Of a DNA stretch of 64,000 nucleotides, positions 1 through 8,911 are shown one piece after another. Each line of letters begins with the position of its first letter. The stretch's first letter is position 1. Source of the DNA: Eubacteriales bacterium (GTDB lineage Bacteria > Bacillota > Clostridia > Oscillospirales > CAG-382); contig JAZTXY010000086.1 in assembly GCA_045636665.1 (NCBI GenBank), positions 2,974 to 66,973 on the forward strand, read 5' to 3'. The translations under genes and the position numbers were made by a program. The notes under the pieces were generated by a model, which saw only the letters and a program-made list of their open reading frames with translations, was not told where the DNA came from and searched no databases.

Positions 1-2
1 AC

Positions 3-3000
3 GTTTTCGAGTATCAGTTCGAGATATCCGCACAGTTCCGTGACAAGATCACCGCAAAGGCGACCGATGTTTCCGGTTTGACATCCATGCTTACAGAAAC
101 TAATCATATCTTGGTTTTGGATACCGAATCTCCTATGCTCAACGTAGGATATGAATTTACCGAAAACCATAATATGGGCGCTATCATCTATTCCGATAAT
201 GACGTCAAAGTAATGTTTGAGATCAAGGAAGATAACTTTGACATCAGAAATACGGATAAGGGCCCCGTATTCATGATTGGCGAAAAGGTGACAGAGCTTG
301 TTTGGGCATATGATGATAAGCAAGACGTTTGGAAAGCAGAGTATGCGCTCTCGGGTGACGGCACTTATGCTTTGTCCTTGACGTTTGCGGATGCGTCCGA
401 AAACGAAATGGAGCAATATACAAAGACGGTCATCATCGACAGCGTTGATCCTGTTATCAATTGCATTTATGACATAACCGATCCTGTTAGAGATAATATT
501 TTCGACACCTCGCGCGTTGCAACCTTTACCATTACCGAAAGCAATTTCAATGCGCAAAACGTTGCTTTGACCGTAATTGCGAAGGATGTCGCAAAAGCTA
601 AAGTGGACATTTCTTCTAAGCGTTATGAAGAATACGTCAAGAACCCCGAGAATTGGACGGAAGACGATGGCGTTTGGACTTTAAAGTCAGAAGGTATGAA
701 GTTTGATATCGATGCAATTTATTCTATCGAGCTTGAATACACCGATCTCGCAAGCAATGCGGCTATTCCTTACAGCGAAGATTTCGCAATCGATCAGACC
801 GACCCCGAAAATATTAAGATTGAGTATTCTTCCAATCTTAAGTTCTGGGAAAAGGTTCTCGAAATGGTAACCTTTGGTTATTACTCCTATAACGAAGAAG
901 TGACTGTAACCGTGACGGCTGATGACGTAACCTCCGGTGTAGATCATTTCGAATGGACCTATACCAAGGAAGAAGGCGCAAGCGACATAAATGCCGCAGA
1001 GCTTGGCGATAGGATCGAAGCGGAACACGTTGTTTACAGCGACGACGGCAAGACTGCAACAGCCACCTTTACAATTCCTGCAAATATAAGGGGCTATGTT
1101 TCTGCAAAAGTAACCGATAAAGCAGGAAATTCAAGTGAAGTATCTGATTCTACAAGAATCAACGTTGTAGATACAATTGAGCCTACAAGAAAAATCGAGT
1201 TCAGCGAAGCGATTGTTTACGATAGAGCAACAATGAATGCTGTTGAAAGCTACGTTGAGGGCGATGACGTAATTCTTTATTATAATGAAAAAGCTACGGT
1301 AACAATCACCATTAACGAAGCTAACTTCTATTCCGAGGACGTAATTGTTACATTGACCAAGGTGGGCGAAGCAGATATCACCCCCGAGGTTACTTGGAAC
1401 GACAAAGAAGATGACGAGCACGTTGGTATGTTTACCATTACCGAAGAGGGCGATTATTTCGTAAAGATTGCGTATAAAGACCGTTCGGATAACGCAATGA
1501 AAGAATACACCTCGCAGGAAATTCATATCGACAAAACCGCACCTGTTATTTCGGTTGAATATTTTTCTGATGCGAATGCGCAGAACGATAAGTACTACAA
1601 GGAAGACCGCATTGCTACTATTACCGTTGTAGATCACAACTTCCTTGCGGATTTCGTTGAAATCGAGGTTACCGCTGTTGATCTGGGCAACGAGAGTGGT
1701 GACGCAGAAGCTATATGTAAGGCATTTGAAGTCGCGTTGAAGAACCGTGATAATTGGACTCACGACGGCGACGTTCATACTGCGGAAATCCCGTTCTCGG
1801 AGGATGCACAGTATGACTTTAAGATCAACTGCAAGGATATTGTCGGCAATGCGGCCGATACATACGAAGCAGATGCGTTCGTAGTTGACCATACTGCGCC
1901 CGTTGGGTTGAATATCGAATATAGTAAGCCTATCGTTAATCGAATTCTTGAAGCTATTACGTTCGGCTTCTATAAATCCGAGGTAACTGTAACCCTGACG
2001 GCTGACGACGTAACCTCGGGTGTGGATTATTTCGAATGGACCTACACCAAGGAAAAAGGCGCAAGCGACAAAAATGCCGCAGAGCTTGGCGGTAGGATTG
2101 ACGCAGAACACGTTGTTTACAGCAACGACGGCAAGACTGCAACTGCCACCTTTACAATTCCTGCAAATGTAAGGGGCTATATTTCTGCTAAAGTAACCGA
2201 TAAAGCGGGCAATCCCGCCGGCAAGACCGATGAAAATAACATTGCGATCGTGGTAGACGACCTTGCTCCCAACATTAAGGTTGAATATTCCTCTAAAACG
2301 GGAGTAGCAAACGACACCTATTATAACGATGACGTAACTGCTGCAATCACCATCACTGAAGCAAACTTCTTTGAGGGCGTAGAAGCAAAAGAAAGCTCTG
2401 ATGGCGTTGCGTTCGTAATTCATGATGTCGGAATTAAACTTACCGAAACTGACAATGAGGGTAATGTTACCGTTTATGAGTATCTGCCCGAAGGTTCTGC
2501 TCAAAAATACGAAGGTGCGATACCTAAGTATATCACCTGGACCGATAAGGGCGATGACCACTCCTTCGAAATCGTTTATGCGAAGGATGCCGACTACGTT
2601 TTGGAAATCGAATATACCGATCTTTCCACTAACGCAGCAGAAACTAACAAATCCAAGGTAATCACCGTTGATAAAATCGCTCCCATTGTAGACGTTAAGT
2701 ACGGTAACGAAACCGTTATTCATACTATCGATGGAAGAGATTACTTCAATGCTATTCAGACAGCTACCATCACCGTTGTGGAACATAACTTCCGAGCATC
2801 CGATTTCGTAGCTACTGTTGAAGCAAAGAACATTCTCGGTGAAGCAGTTACCACGGAAAACTTCAAAACGACCCTGTCGACCGATTCCAACTGGACTCAC
2901 GACGGCGACGTTCATACTGCAGAAATCACCTTCTCGGCTGATGCAAACTATACGTTCGATTACGTATTGAAGGACCTTGCTATTAATGATGCTGCCGAGT

Positions 3001-4892
3001 ATGAAACCGATCTCTTTACAGTTGACACAACAGTGCCCGAAACGCTTACGATTACCTATAGCGACAGCGTTCCCGATGCTTCCGGATACTACAACGATCA
3101 AGTGACTGTAACCGTTACCGCAGAGGACGAGACCGCGGGTGTCTACTACTTCGTTTACAGCTACATCAAGGGCAATGACGTAAGTGACGTTAACGCCGAG
3201 CTTATCGATGAAATAATCAGCGATGCAAACGGCAGAATCAAGCGCGAAGGCAAGAAGTCTATTGCAAGCTTTACGATTCCCAAATTGCTTCTTGACGATG
3301 ATAACCAGTTCAACGGTACGGTTGAATTTACAGCATTTGACCGAGCAGAGAACTACAGCAATATGCAGGACGATAAGGTGATCGTCGTCGATAACATCAA
3401 GCCTACAGCAACGGTTACATATAACGAGCCGGTGCAGAATGTAAACGGAATTTCCTACTATGCAGGAAATATCGATGCTAAGATCGTTATTAACGAAGCG
3501 AATTTCTTTAGTAAAGACGTAGTAGTAACCGTAACCAAGGACGGTGAAAAATATCCTGTAGACGTTAAGTGGAGCGATAACAGTGTTGACGTTCACACCG
3601 GAACGTTCACCTTGACCGAGGACGGTGATTATATCGTAACGGTTGAATACAAGGACCGCTCTGATAACCGAATGGATAAGTACACGTCCAACCGCCTCAC
3701 GCTGGACACCAAGGCGCCTACTGTAAACGCATCCAATATAAAGAACAATACTGCAAATAAGGATGAAAAGTACGGATTTTCTATCACGGCAAACGATATT
3801 AATCTCGATGCTACCACCTTTAAGCCTGTATTGAACGCTATTGTAAGAGGCGATGACGGCAGTTACGAGATCAAGACTATATCTCTTGGCGATATGAATA
3901 CCGTTGAGGAGGGTAGAACCTATACCTTTACGGTTGACAATTTAGTCGAGGATGCAGTTTACACTCTCGTTTGTACGCTTAAGGATATGTCCGGTAACGA
4001 GTGTACAAAGATAATTCTTGACGATAAGGCGTCCTATGATGAGGTGCGTTTCTCGATCAACAGAAACGGCTCTACGTTTGCTGTCGATAAAGATACCGAT
4101 GACCTTGTAAATCAGTACTACGTTTACAGCGTAGGCAAGGACGTGATCATCGAAGAAATCAACGTTGATCCGATTGAAGAGTACGTTGTTAAGCTTAACG
4201 GCGAAGCACTTAAAGAGGGCACCGACTATACCACCACCTTGTCCAACAAGGATGGCGAATGGAGCAAGCGTACTTACGTAATCTCTAAGAATCTCTTTGA
4301 ATCCGAGGGTGAGTACAAGATCGTTGTTGAGTCCACCGATAAAGCGGGAAGTTCTGCATACAGCGACGTTAAAAACCTTAACGTATCCTTCGTCGTAGAC
4401 CAAACCGCGCCGATGATTACCATCAGCGGACTTGAAAACGGCGGACGTTATCAGATCGAGGAACAGGTTGTAACCATCATTCCTACTGATAACGATGGCA
4501 GACTCTACAGCATCAAAGTAATCGTTCTTAATTCTGAAGGCGAGCCGCTTAAGGATGCCTCCGGCAATGACATCAGTGTAAGATTTGAAATGTCCGGCGA
4601 AGAATTCCTTGCCTATTTGGCCGAAAATGACGGTAAGGTTACATTTACCGTACCCGAAGGACTCGAAAATCAGGTTCAGATTGTTTGCGCTGACTATACG
4701 CTCAATGCAGGCGGCACCTTTAACGAGTTAAATGAGACGTTTACCAAGGTAACCGTATCTCAAAGCCAGTGGATCATTTTCTACGCAAATAAGCCGTTGT
4801 TCTACGGAACAATTGCTGGAATCGTTCTTTTGATCGGTGGCATTATTGCTCTGATCGTCTTTAAAAAGAAAAAGAACGCAGCAAAGAAGTAA
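3..4892 (+). CDS. Giant repetitive cell-surface protein (5' end upstream of window). It has at least 11 Ig-like/beta-sandwich modules, a C-terminal TM anchor and a basic tail.
   Basis: Frame 3 is open from nt 3 (VFEYQFEISAQFRDKITAKATDVSG...), so the ORF-track TTG at 78 is internal. Module-boundary motifs recur: DSVDPVI, DQTDPENI, DTIEPTR, DKTAPVI, DHTAPVG, DDLAPNI, DKIAPIV, DTTVPET, DNIKPTA, DTKAPTV, DQTAPMI. The C-terminal hydrophobic stretch LFYGTIAGIVLLIGGIIALIVF is followed by KKKKNAAKK. Stop TAA is at 4890-4892. Confidence 0.8.
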   Translation, partial: VFEYQFEISAQFRDKITAKATDVSGLTSMLTETNHILVLDTESPMLNVGYEFTENHNMGAIIYSDNDVKVMFEIKEDNFDIRNTDKGPVFMIGEKVTELVWAYDDKQDVWKAEYALSGDGTYALSLTFADASENEMEQYTKTVIIDSVDPVINCIYDITDPVRDNIFDTSRVATFTITESNFNAQNVALTVIAKDVAKAKVDISSKRYEEYVKNPENWTEDDGVWTLKSEGMKFDIDAIYSIELEYTDLASNAAIPYSEDFAIDQTDPENIKIEYSSNLKFWEKVLEMVTFGYYSYNEEVTVTVTADDVTSGVDHFEWTYTKEEGASDINAAELGDRIEAEHVVYSDDGKTATATFTIPANIRGYVSAKVTDKAGNSSEVSDSTRINVVDTIEPTRKIEFSEAIVYDRATMNAVESYVEGDDVILYYNEKATVTITINEANFYSEDVIVTLTKVGEADITPEVTWNDKEDDEHVGMFTITEEGDYFVKIAYKDRSDNAMKEYTSQEIHIDKTAPVISVEYFSDANAQNDKYYKEDRIATITVVDHNFLADFVEIEVTAVDLGNESGDAEAICKAFEVALKNRDNWTHDGDVHTAEIPFSEDAQYDFKINCKDIVGNAADTYEADAFVVDHTAPVGLNIEYSKPIVNRILEAITFGFYKSEVTVTLTADDVTSGVDYFEWTYTKEKGASDKNAAELGGRIDAEHVVYSNDGKTATATFTIPANVRGYISAKVTDKAGNPAGKTDENNIAIVVDDLAPNIKVEYSSKTGVANDTYYNDDVTAAITITEANFFEGVEAKESSDGVAFVIHDVGIKLTETDNEGNVTVYEYLPEGSAQKYEGAIPKYITWTDKGDDHSFEIVYAKDADYVLEIEYTDLSTNAAETNKSKVITVDKIAPIVDVKYGNETVIHTIDGRDYFNAIQTATITVVEHNFRASDFVATVEAKNILGEAVTTENFKTTLSTDSNWTHDGDVHTAEITFSADANYTFDYVLKDLAINDAAEYETDLFTVDTTVPETLTITYSDSVPDASGYYNDQVTVTVTAEDETAGVYYFVYSYIKGNDVSDVNAELIDEIISDANGRIKREGKKSIASFTIPKLLLDDDNQFNGTVEFTAFDRAENYSNMQDDKVIVVDNIKPTATVTYNEPVQNVNGISYYAGNIDAKIVINEANFFSKDVVVTVTKDGEKYPVDVKWSDNSVDVHTGTFTLTEDGDYIVTVEYKDRSDNRMDKYTSNRLTLDTKAPTVNASNIKNNTANKDEKYGFSITANDINLDATTFKPVLNAIVRGDDGSYEIKTISLGDMNTVEEGRTYTFTVDNLVEDAVYTLVCTLKDMSGNECTKIILDDKASYDEVRFSINRNGSTFAVDKDTDDLVNQYYVYSVGKDVIIEEINVDPIEEYVVKLNGEALKEGTDYTTTLSNKDGEWSKRTYVISKNLFESEGEYKIVVESTDKAGSSAYSDVKNLNVSFVVDQTAPMITISGLENGGRYQIEEQVVTIIPTDNDGRLYSIKVIVLNSEGEPLKDASGNDISVRFEMSGEEFLAYLAENDGKVTFTVPEGLENQVQIVCADYTLNAGGTFNELNETFTKVTVSQSQWIIFYANKPLFYGTIAGIVLLIGGIIALIVFKKKKNAAKK
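900..1130 (+). repeat. Copy 1 of a 231-nt intragenic direct repeat (encodes VTVTVTADDVTSGVDHFEWTYTKEEGASD...AKVTDKAGN)
   Basis: Hand alignment against 1983-2213 gives about 20 mismatches in 231 nt. The offset is 1083 nt, exactly 361 codons. Confidence 0.85.
1983..2213 (+). repeat. Copy 2 of the 231-nt intragenic direct repeat (VTVTLTADDVTSGVDYFEWTYTKEKGASD...AKVTDKAGN)
   Basis: See copy 1. A third, diverged copy (VTVTVTAEDETAGVYYFVYSYIKGNDVSD) follows one supermodule later. Confidence 0.85.
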
Positions 4893-4912
4893 AAAGAAGC
4901 AATTCTGAATAA

Positions 4913-4946
4913 ATCCCCAACCGTCATGTAAATGGCGGTTGGGGAT
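4913..4946 (+). terminator. GC-rich hairpin after the giant surface-protein gene (weak or partial terminator)
   Basis: 11-bp perfect stem atccccaaccg / cggttggggat (4913-4923 and 4936-4946) with a 12-nt loop. No clear U-tract follows (aaccctt). Confidence 0.35.
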
Positions 4947-5010
4947 AACCCTTAAAATAAGGAAGAAAACAGGATTCAGTATTAAACGTCTCCAAAGAAA
5001 AGGATGAAAA

Positions 5011-5721
5011 ATGGTAGAAATATTTGTATGCGACGATGACATAAACATAACTGAATTCTTAAAATTCTTTATTATGAAGCACTTTGGGGACGAATATAAA
5101 GTTGTCGCGATGAATTGTTGCCGAGATCTGATAGGCATGATCGAATTTAACGAGCGAATCCCCGATATTTTAATAATGGACATCAATTTAAAGGACGGAA
5201 ACGGCATTGAGACCATTAAGCATCTGCAAAGGATGCATCCGACCCTTAAGGTTATTTATTTGACAGGCATAATCAATTATGCCACTGCTATTTTTGAAAC
5301 CAATCCTGCTTATTTTTTAGTAAAGCCAATAAACGAAAATCTTTTGATCGATGCGATCAGAAAGGTAAGCAGGGACATTGAATACGACAAATCTGACTCC
5401 ATTGTCGTCAAGACAAACGGGTCTGAAATATTATTAACCAGAAGAGATATAGTTTATGTGGAAAGCCGCGGACGCAAGCTGATATTGCATACGCTTGACG
5501 GCAAGATGATTGAAACTTATGAAAAAATGGACGATATTCAGCAACGGCTCGGTGCGCCGTTCGTTCGAAGCCATAAAAGTTTTCTCATTAATATGAAGCA
5601 TATCGTAGAAAGAACAAGCAGGGATTTTTATTTATCAAACGGCACCGTTTTGCCGATAAGCAAGACAAATTTCAAAGAGGCTAGGATCAAGTTTATATCA
5701 TATCTTGGAGAGGAAAAATGA
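5011..5721 (+). CDS. LytTR/AlgR-family response regulator (receiver + LytTR DNA-binding domain)
   Basis: Receiver context DILIMDINLKDGNGIE. The C-terminal LytTR signature is IVYVESRGRKLILHT...FVRSHKSFLINMKHI. There is a 4-nt ATGA overlap with the downstream kinase gene. Confidence 0.85.
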   Translation: MVEIFVCDDDINITEFLKFFIMKHFGDEYKVVAMNCCRDLIGMIEFNERIPDILIMDINLKDGNGIETIKHLQRMHPTLKVIYLTGIINYATAIFETNPAYFLVKPINENLLIDAIRKVSRDIEYDKSDSIVVKTNGSEILLTRRDIVYVESRGRKLILHTLDGKMIETYEKMDDIQQRLGAPFVRSHKSFLINMKHIVERTSRDFYLSNGTVLPISKTNFKEARIKFISYLGEEK

Positions 5722-7025
5722 GTCCGCTTTTATATGAGATAGTTGTGTATTTTATCGAGTCATTGATATCAGGGATTTTCTTGATTAATGTGCTTGAGGA
5801 GAAGTACTGTAAAGCGATTCACGCAGCGATATGGTGTGCTATTACGGCGGTATCGATTCTTTGTACCGAACCGTTCACACTGCCGCGACTCGGTTTGATT
5901 GCATTTTCGGAGCTTATCTATGCTTGCTTTATGTTTAAAGATAGGCTAAGAAAAAGAATCGGCGCGTTTTTCATCAAGGAACTGTTTCTGATTGCCGCCT
6001 ATGTAATCTCTTTTGCGGTGTGCTCGTTACTTATAGTTGGTCACGGAACGCACTATGTATACGACGGTTGCGAAGACTGTATTTGCCGTTTACTGTATTT
6101 GTTGATTTTCTCCGTTTTGACCTCGATTGTATTTCAATTCACAAAGCAAAAAAAGGGCACGAGGCTTCACCGGGTTGTCATAATGCAACTTCTCATAGGA
6201 TTGGGTGAAGCCACCGCTATTCTTGCTGTGGCGGTTGCATCAAACGGAACGATCACCTCAAAGAACTCTTGTTTTATCATCATAGCTACCGCTTGTATGG
6301 TAGTCGGAAATATTTTTATGGGGATGCTTGTTCCCTATTTACTTCGCAAGATTACGCTGTCAGCTAATTTAGATTACATCAAAAATCTCAGCGTTATGGA
6401 TTATAAATATTATGAAATGTCGGTTGCAAATAACAACAAGCTACGTTCTATTAAACACGACGTTTCAAATCACATACAAACGGCCTATTCGCTTTTCAGT
6501 AACGGAGAAACACAAAGGGGCATTGAGCTTATCAATGAATTGCGAACACGTTATGCCACTGTTGATCAGATGGTGTTTTGCAACAATCCCGTTGTAAACA
6601 TAATCCTCGCCAACAAAAAGAGCGAGGCTGAGGAAAAAAACATTGAAATGTGGATAAACGTAAAGGAAAACCCTGATTGCGCTTGGATTACCGATTTTGA
6701 TCTATCCACTGTTATTTGTAATTTGCTGGACAACGCTATCAGCGGTTGCATTTTCAGTGAGCAATCGCATCCGAGAATAAGCGTTGAAATACTAAGAAAG
6801 AATCGATATTTGGTTATAAAGGTACTCAATTCGTGTAAGGTGGGTATGAATATCGAAAGTACGGATAGGCTTGAAACTACAAAGGAAAATGGCGTTGTTC
6901 ACGGTTTGGGAATGCCGATTATTGCGAGCATTGCCCAAAAATATCGGGGCGATTTTGCGGTTTCTGCACAAAACGGAATATTTACCGCAACAGTTGCGAT
7001 GGCGATAAAGGAAGCCCGGATTTAA
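5718..7025 (+). CDS. Membrane sensor histidine kinase, AgrC/ComD-like (HPK10-type, GHKL ATPase)
   Basis: About 6 N-terminal hydrophobic helices. H-box RSIKHDVSNHIQT, N-box ICNLLDNAISG, G-box HGLGMPIIASIAQKY. Translationally coupled to the LytTR regulator. Confidence 0.8.
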   Translation: MSPLLYEIVVYFIESLISGIFLINVLEEKYCKAIHAAIWCAITAVSILCTEPFTLPRLGLIAFSELIYACFMFKDRLRKRIGAFFIKELFLIAAYVISFAVCSLLIVGHGTHYVYDGCEDCICRLLYLLIFSVLTSIVFQFTKQKKGTRLHRVVIMQLLIGLGEATAILAVAVASNGTITSKNSCFIIIATACMVVGNIFMGMLVPYLLRKITLSANLDYIKNLSVMDYKYYEMSVANNNKLRSIKHDVSNHIQTAYSLFSNGETQRGIELINELRTRYATVDQMVFCNNPVVNIILANKKSEAEEKNIEMWINVKENPDCAWITDFDLSTVICNLLDNAISGCIFSEQSHPRISVEILRKNRYLVIKVLNSCKVGMNIESTDRLETTKENGVVHGLGMPIIASIAQKYRGDFAVSAQNGIFTATVAMAIKEARI

Positions 7026-7147
7026 GTAACAAACAGGTGCTTGCCGACAATATGGTATTTAACAAACTAACAAGGAAAAACGCGACATAGTATTTAAAAT
7101 CAAAGACAAATGTTTTGCGGATAAAAAATTCAATAGAGGTGCGATGT

Positions 7148-8893
7148 ATGAACATCAATCAAGTATGGCCCGAATGGAACGAGGATTGCGTCCTTGGCGA
7201 GGGCTCGTTTGGTAAGGTTTACAGAGCGAAAAGAATGGAATACGGCGGAAGAGCTTTTTATTCCGCTATTAAGGTGATTTCGGTTCCGAAAAATCAGCAG
7301 GAAATCAAATTTGCCCGTTCTCAGGGTATGGATGATCAGGCGATATATAATTATTTTCGCGGCTTGGTAGATAACCTGCTTAACGAAATTACCCTGATGG
7401 ATAATTTAAAGGGTGCTAAGAATATCGTCGGTATCGAAGATTATAAAATCATCGAGCGAGAGGGAGAGATAGGCTGGGATATATTTATCCGTATGGAGTT
7501 GCTAACGCCGTTTGACAGCTTTATCTCTAATCCTGAATTTTCTCAGCTCGACGTTATAAGGTTGGGTGTTGATATTTGTACCGCGCTTGAGGTGTGTGAG
7601 CAAAACTTTATCGTTCACCGAGATATCAAGCCTGACAATATATTTATTTCCCGTTTTGGTGAATATAAGCTCGGCGATTTCGGTATTGCCAGAAAGTTAG
7701 AAACGACGCAGGCGAATCTCTCGCGCAAGGGTACGCTGAATTATATGGCACCGGAGGTCTACAAAAGCGAGGCATATAGCTCTAATGTGGATATTTATTC
7801 CTTGGGATTGGTGTTGTATACGCTATTGAATAATAACAGAATTGCGTTCCTTCCGCCTTATCCTCAACAAATAACCTACAAAGACAACGAGGAAGCATTG
7901 ACGAAGAGGCTGTCCGGTGAGCTGTTGACGCTCCCGTGTAATGCGAGCGCTTCTCTTGGTGCAGCAATCCTCAAAGCTTGTGCATACAGCCCGCAGGACC
8001 GTTATCAAACCGCTACAGAGTTCAAGAATGCGCTGATTACCGAATGGAACGTTTTGATTCAGTCGGGAGAGAATCGAGAGATTCAATCGGATTCGATGCG
8101 TTTCAGTGGTAATATGGATCAGAGACTGCAAAGCACGACCAATGATATGAATGCAAATGGAAGAGTTGTGGTTGACGAATATGTTCAAGGAACGACGGTG
8201 CTCGACCCAATGTACGGCGCGTACACGTCGGAACAGTTGCCCCCACAAAGTAATGTAATTGGCATTCCCGATACCTATTCTACTGCAAAATCGAGCAAAG
8301 GGTGCCGAATTTTTGCATGGCTGCTGTCACTTGTTGTTTGTGTTCTCGGTATTGTGCTGTTGTTTGACGGCGGAGACACTGCATTAGAATTATCGGTCGC
8401 CTTGTCATTGACAGGGCTTGGCTTGATCGTGATTATTGCCGACAGATGTAAGCTTGCGGTCGGTATTTCGGCTGTTTCGTTGTCACTTGTGTATATCGTC
8501 AGCGGACTGAACGCATTGTTTAGCGGTATGCAGGAATTGATTCCGCAAGCAATCGTTTTTATACTTTCCGGATCGTTGATGCTGTTCGGCGGCATAGTTA
8601 TTGTATCTCAGCGAGAGGTAAGGTTCGGAGGTGCATTAAGCTTATACGCTCTTATCGTCGAGTGGGTATATTACTTATATCGAATGATAAACGATGACTT
8701 TTATATTGAAGCGTGGCATATCTTTTATGGCGTCGCGGCTGTTGCGGTATTTGTATGGGCATATGGCTACAACAGCGCGTATAAACCCAAGGGAATAAAA
8801 AAGGTGTTGCATATCGCGGCTTACATATTGGCGGCTGTTGTGGCAATACAAGCAATTGTGTACCTGGTACGCCAATGTTCCGTTATTTTTTAA
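7148..8893 (+). CDS. Hanks-type Ser/Thr protein kinase with a C-terminal polytopic (about 7 TM) membrane domain
   Basis: Kinase motifs: G-loop GEGSFGKVYRA, AIKVI lysine, HRDIKPDNIF catalytic loop, DFGIA, YMAPEV. The C-terminal third (from about nt 8303) is seven hydrophobic segments. ATG 7148 sits 6 nt after agaggtg and is preferred over the ORF-track TTG 7115. Confidence 0.9.
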   Translation: MNINQVWPEWNEDCVLGEGSFGKVYRAKRMEYGGRAFYSAIKVISVPKNQQEIKFARSQGMDDQAIYNYFRGLVDNLLNEITLMDNLKGAKNIVGIEDYKIIEREGEIGWDIFIRMELLTPFDSFISNPEFSQLDVIRLGVDICTALEVCEQNFIVHRDIKPDNIFISRFGEYKLGDFGIARKLETTQANLSRKGTLNYMAPEVYKSEAYSSNVDIYSLGLVLYTLLNNNRIAFLPPYPQQITYKDNEEALTKRLSGELLTLPCNASASLGAAILKACAYSPQDRYQTATEFKNALITEWNVLIQSGENREIQSDSMRFSGNMDQRLQSTTNDMNANGRVVVDEYVQGTTVLDPMYGAYTSEQLPPQSNVIGIPDTYSTAKSSKGCRIFAWLLSLVVCVLGIVLLFDGGDTALELSVALSLTGLGLIVIIADRCKLAVGISAVSLSLVYIVSGLNALFSGMQELIPQAIVFILSGSLMLFGGIVIVSQREVRFGGALSLYALIVEWVYYLYRMINDDFYIEAWHIFYGVAAVAVFVWAYGYNSAYKPKGIKKVLHIAAYILAAVVAIQAIVYLVRQCSVIF

Positions 8894-8911
8894 TCGAGGA
8901 ATGAAACGGTT

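Noticed and set aside
1131-3596. 821-aa minus-strand ORF, plus several shorter ones (687-1028, 838-1059, 1957-2142), antisense to the giant surface-protein gene
   Set aside because: It lies entirely within and opposite a + strand gene with clear modular protein structure. Its translation is low-complexity (I/V/N/F/C-rich) with no recognisable motif and no RBS. It looks like a shadow ORF created by the codon bias and repeats of the sense gene.
7026-7114. AACAAAC direct repeats (7028-7034 and 7063-7069) upstream of the kinase gene, considered as a LytTR-binding site
   Set aside because: They are only 7 bp, spaced 35 bp apart (not the 21-22 bp phasing of known LytTR sites), and lie in an A-rich context where such heptamers arise by chance. 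I found no associated -10/-35 pair.
7115-7147. ORF-track N-terminal extensions (7115, 14913, 18423, 20175, 29633, 32787, 36101, 45385 on +; 40399, 41072, 57808 on -)
   Set aside because: In each case an internal ATG (or TTG for essC at 24787) lies 6-11 nt downstream of a GGAGG-like RBS. The upstream start has no RBS or sits too close to one. The starts were therefore trimmed, and the alternative is noted in the feature evidence.
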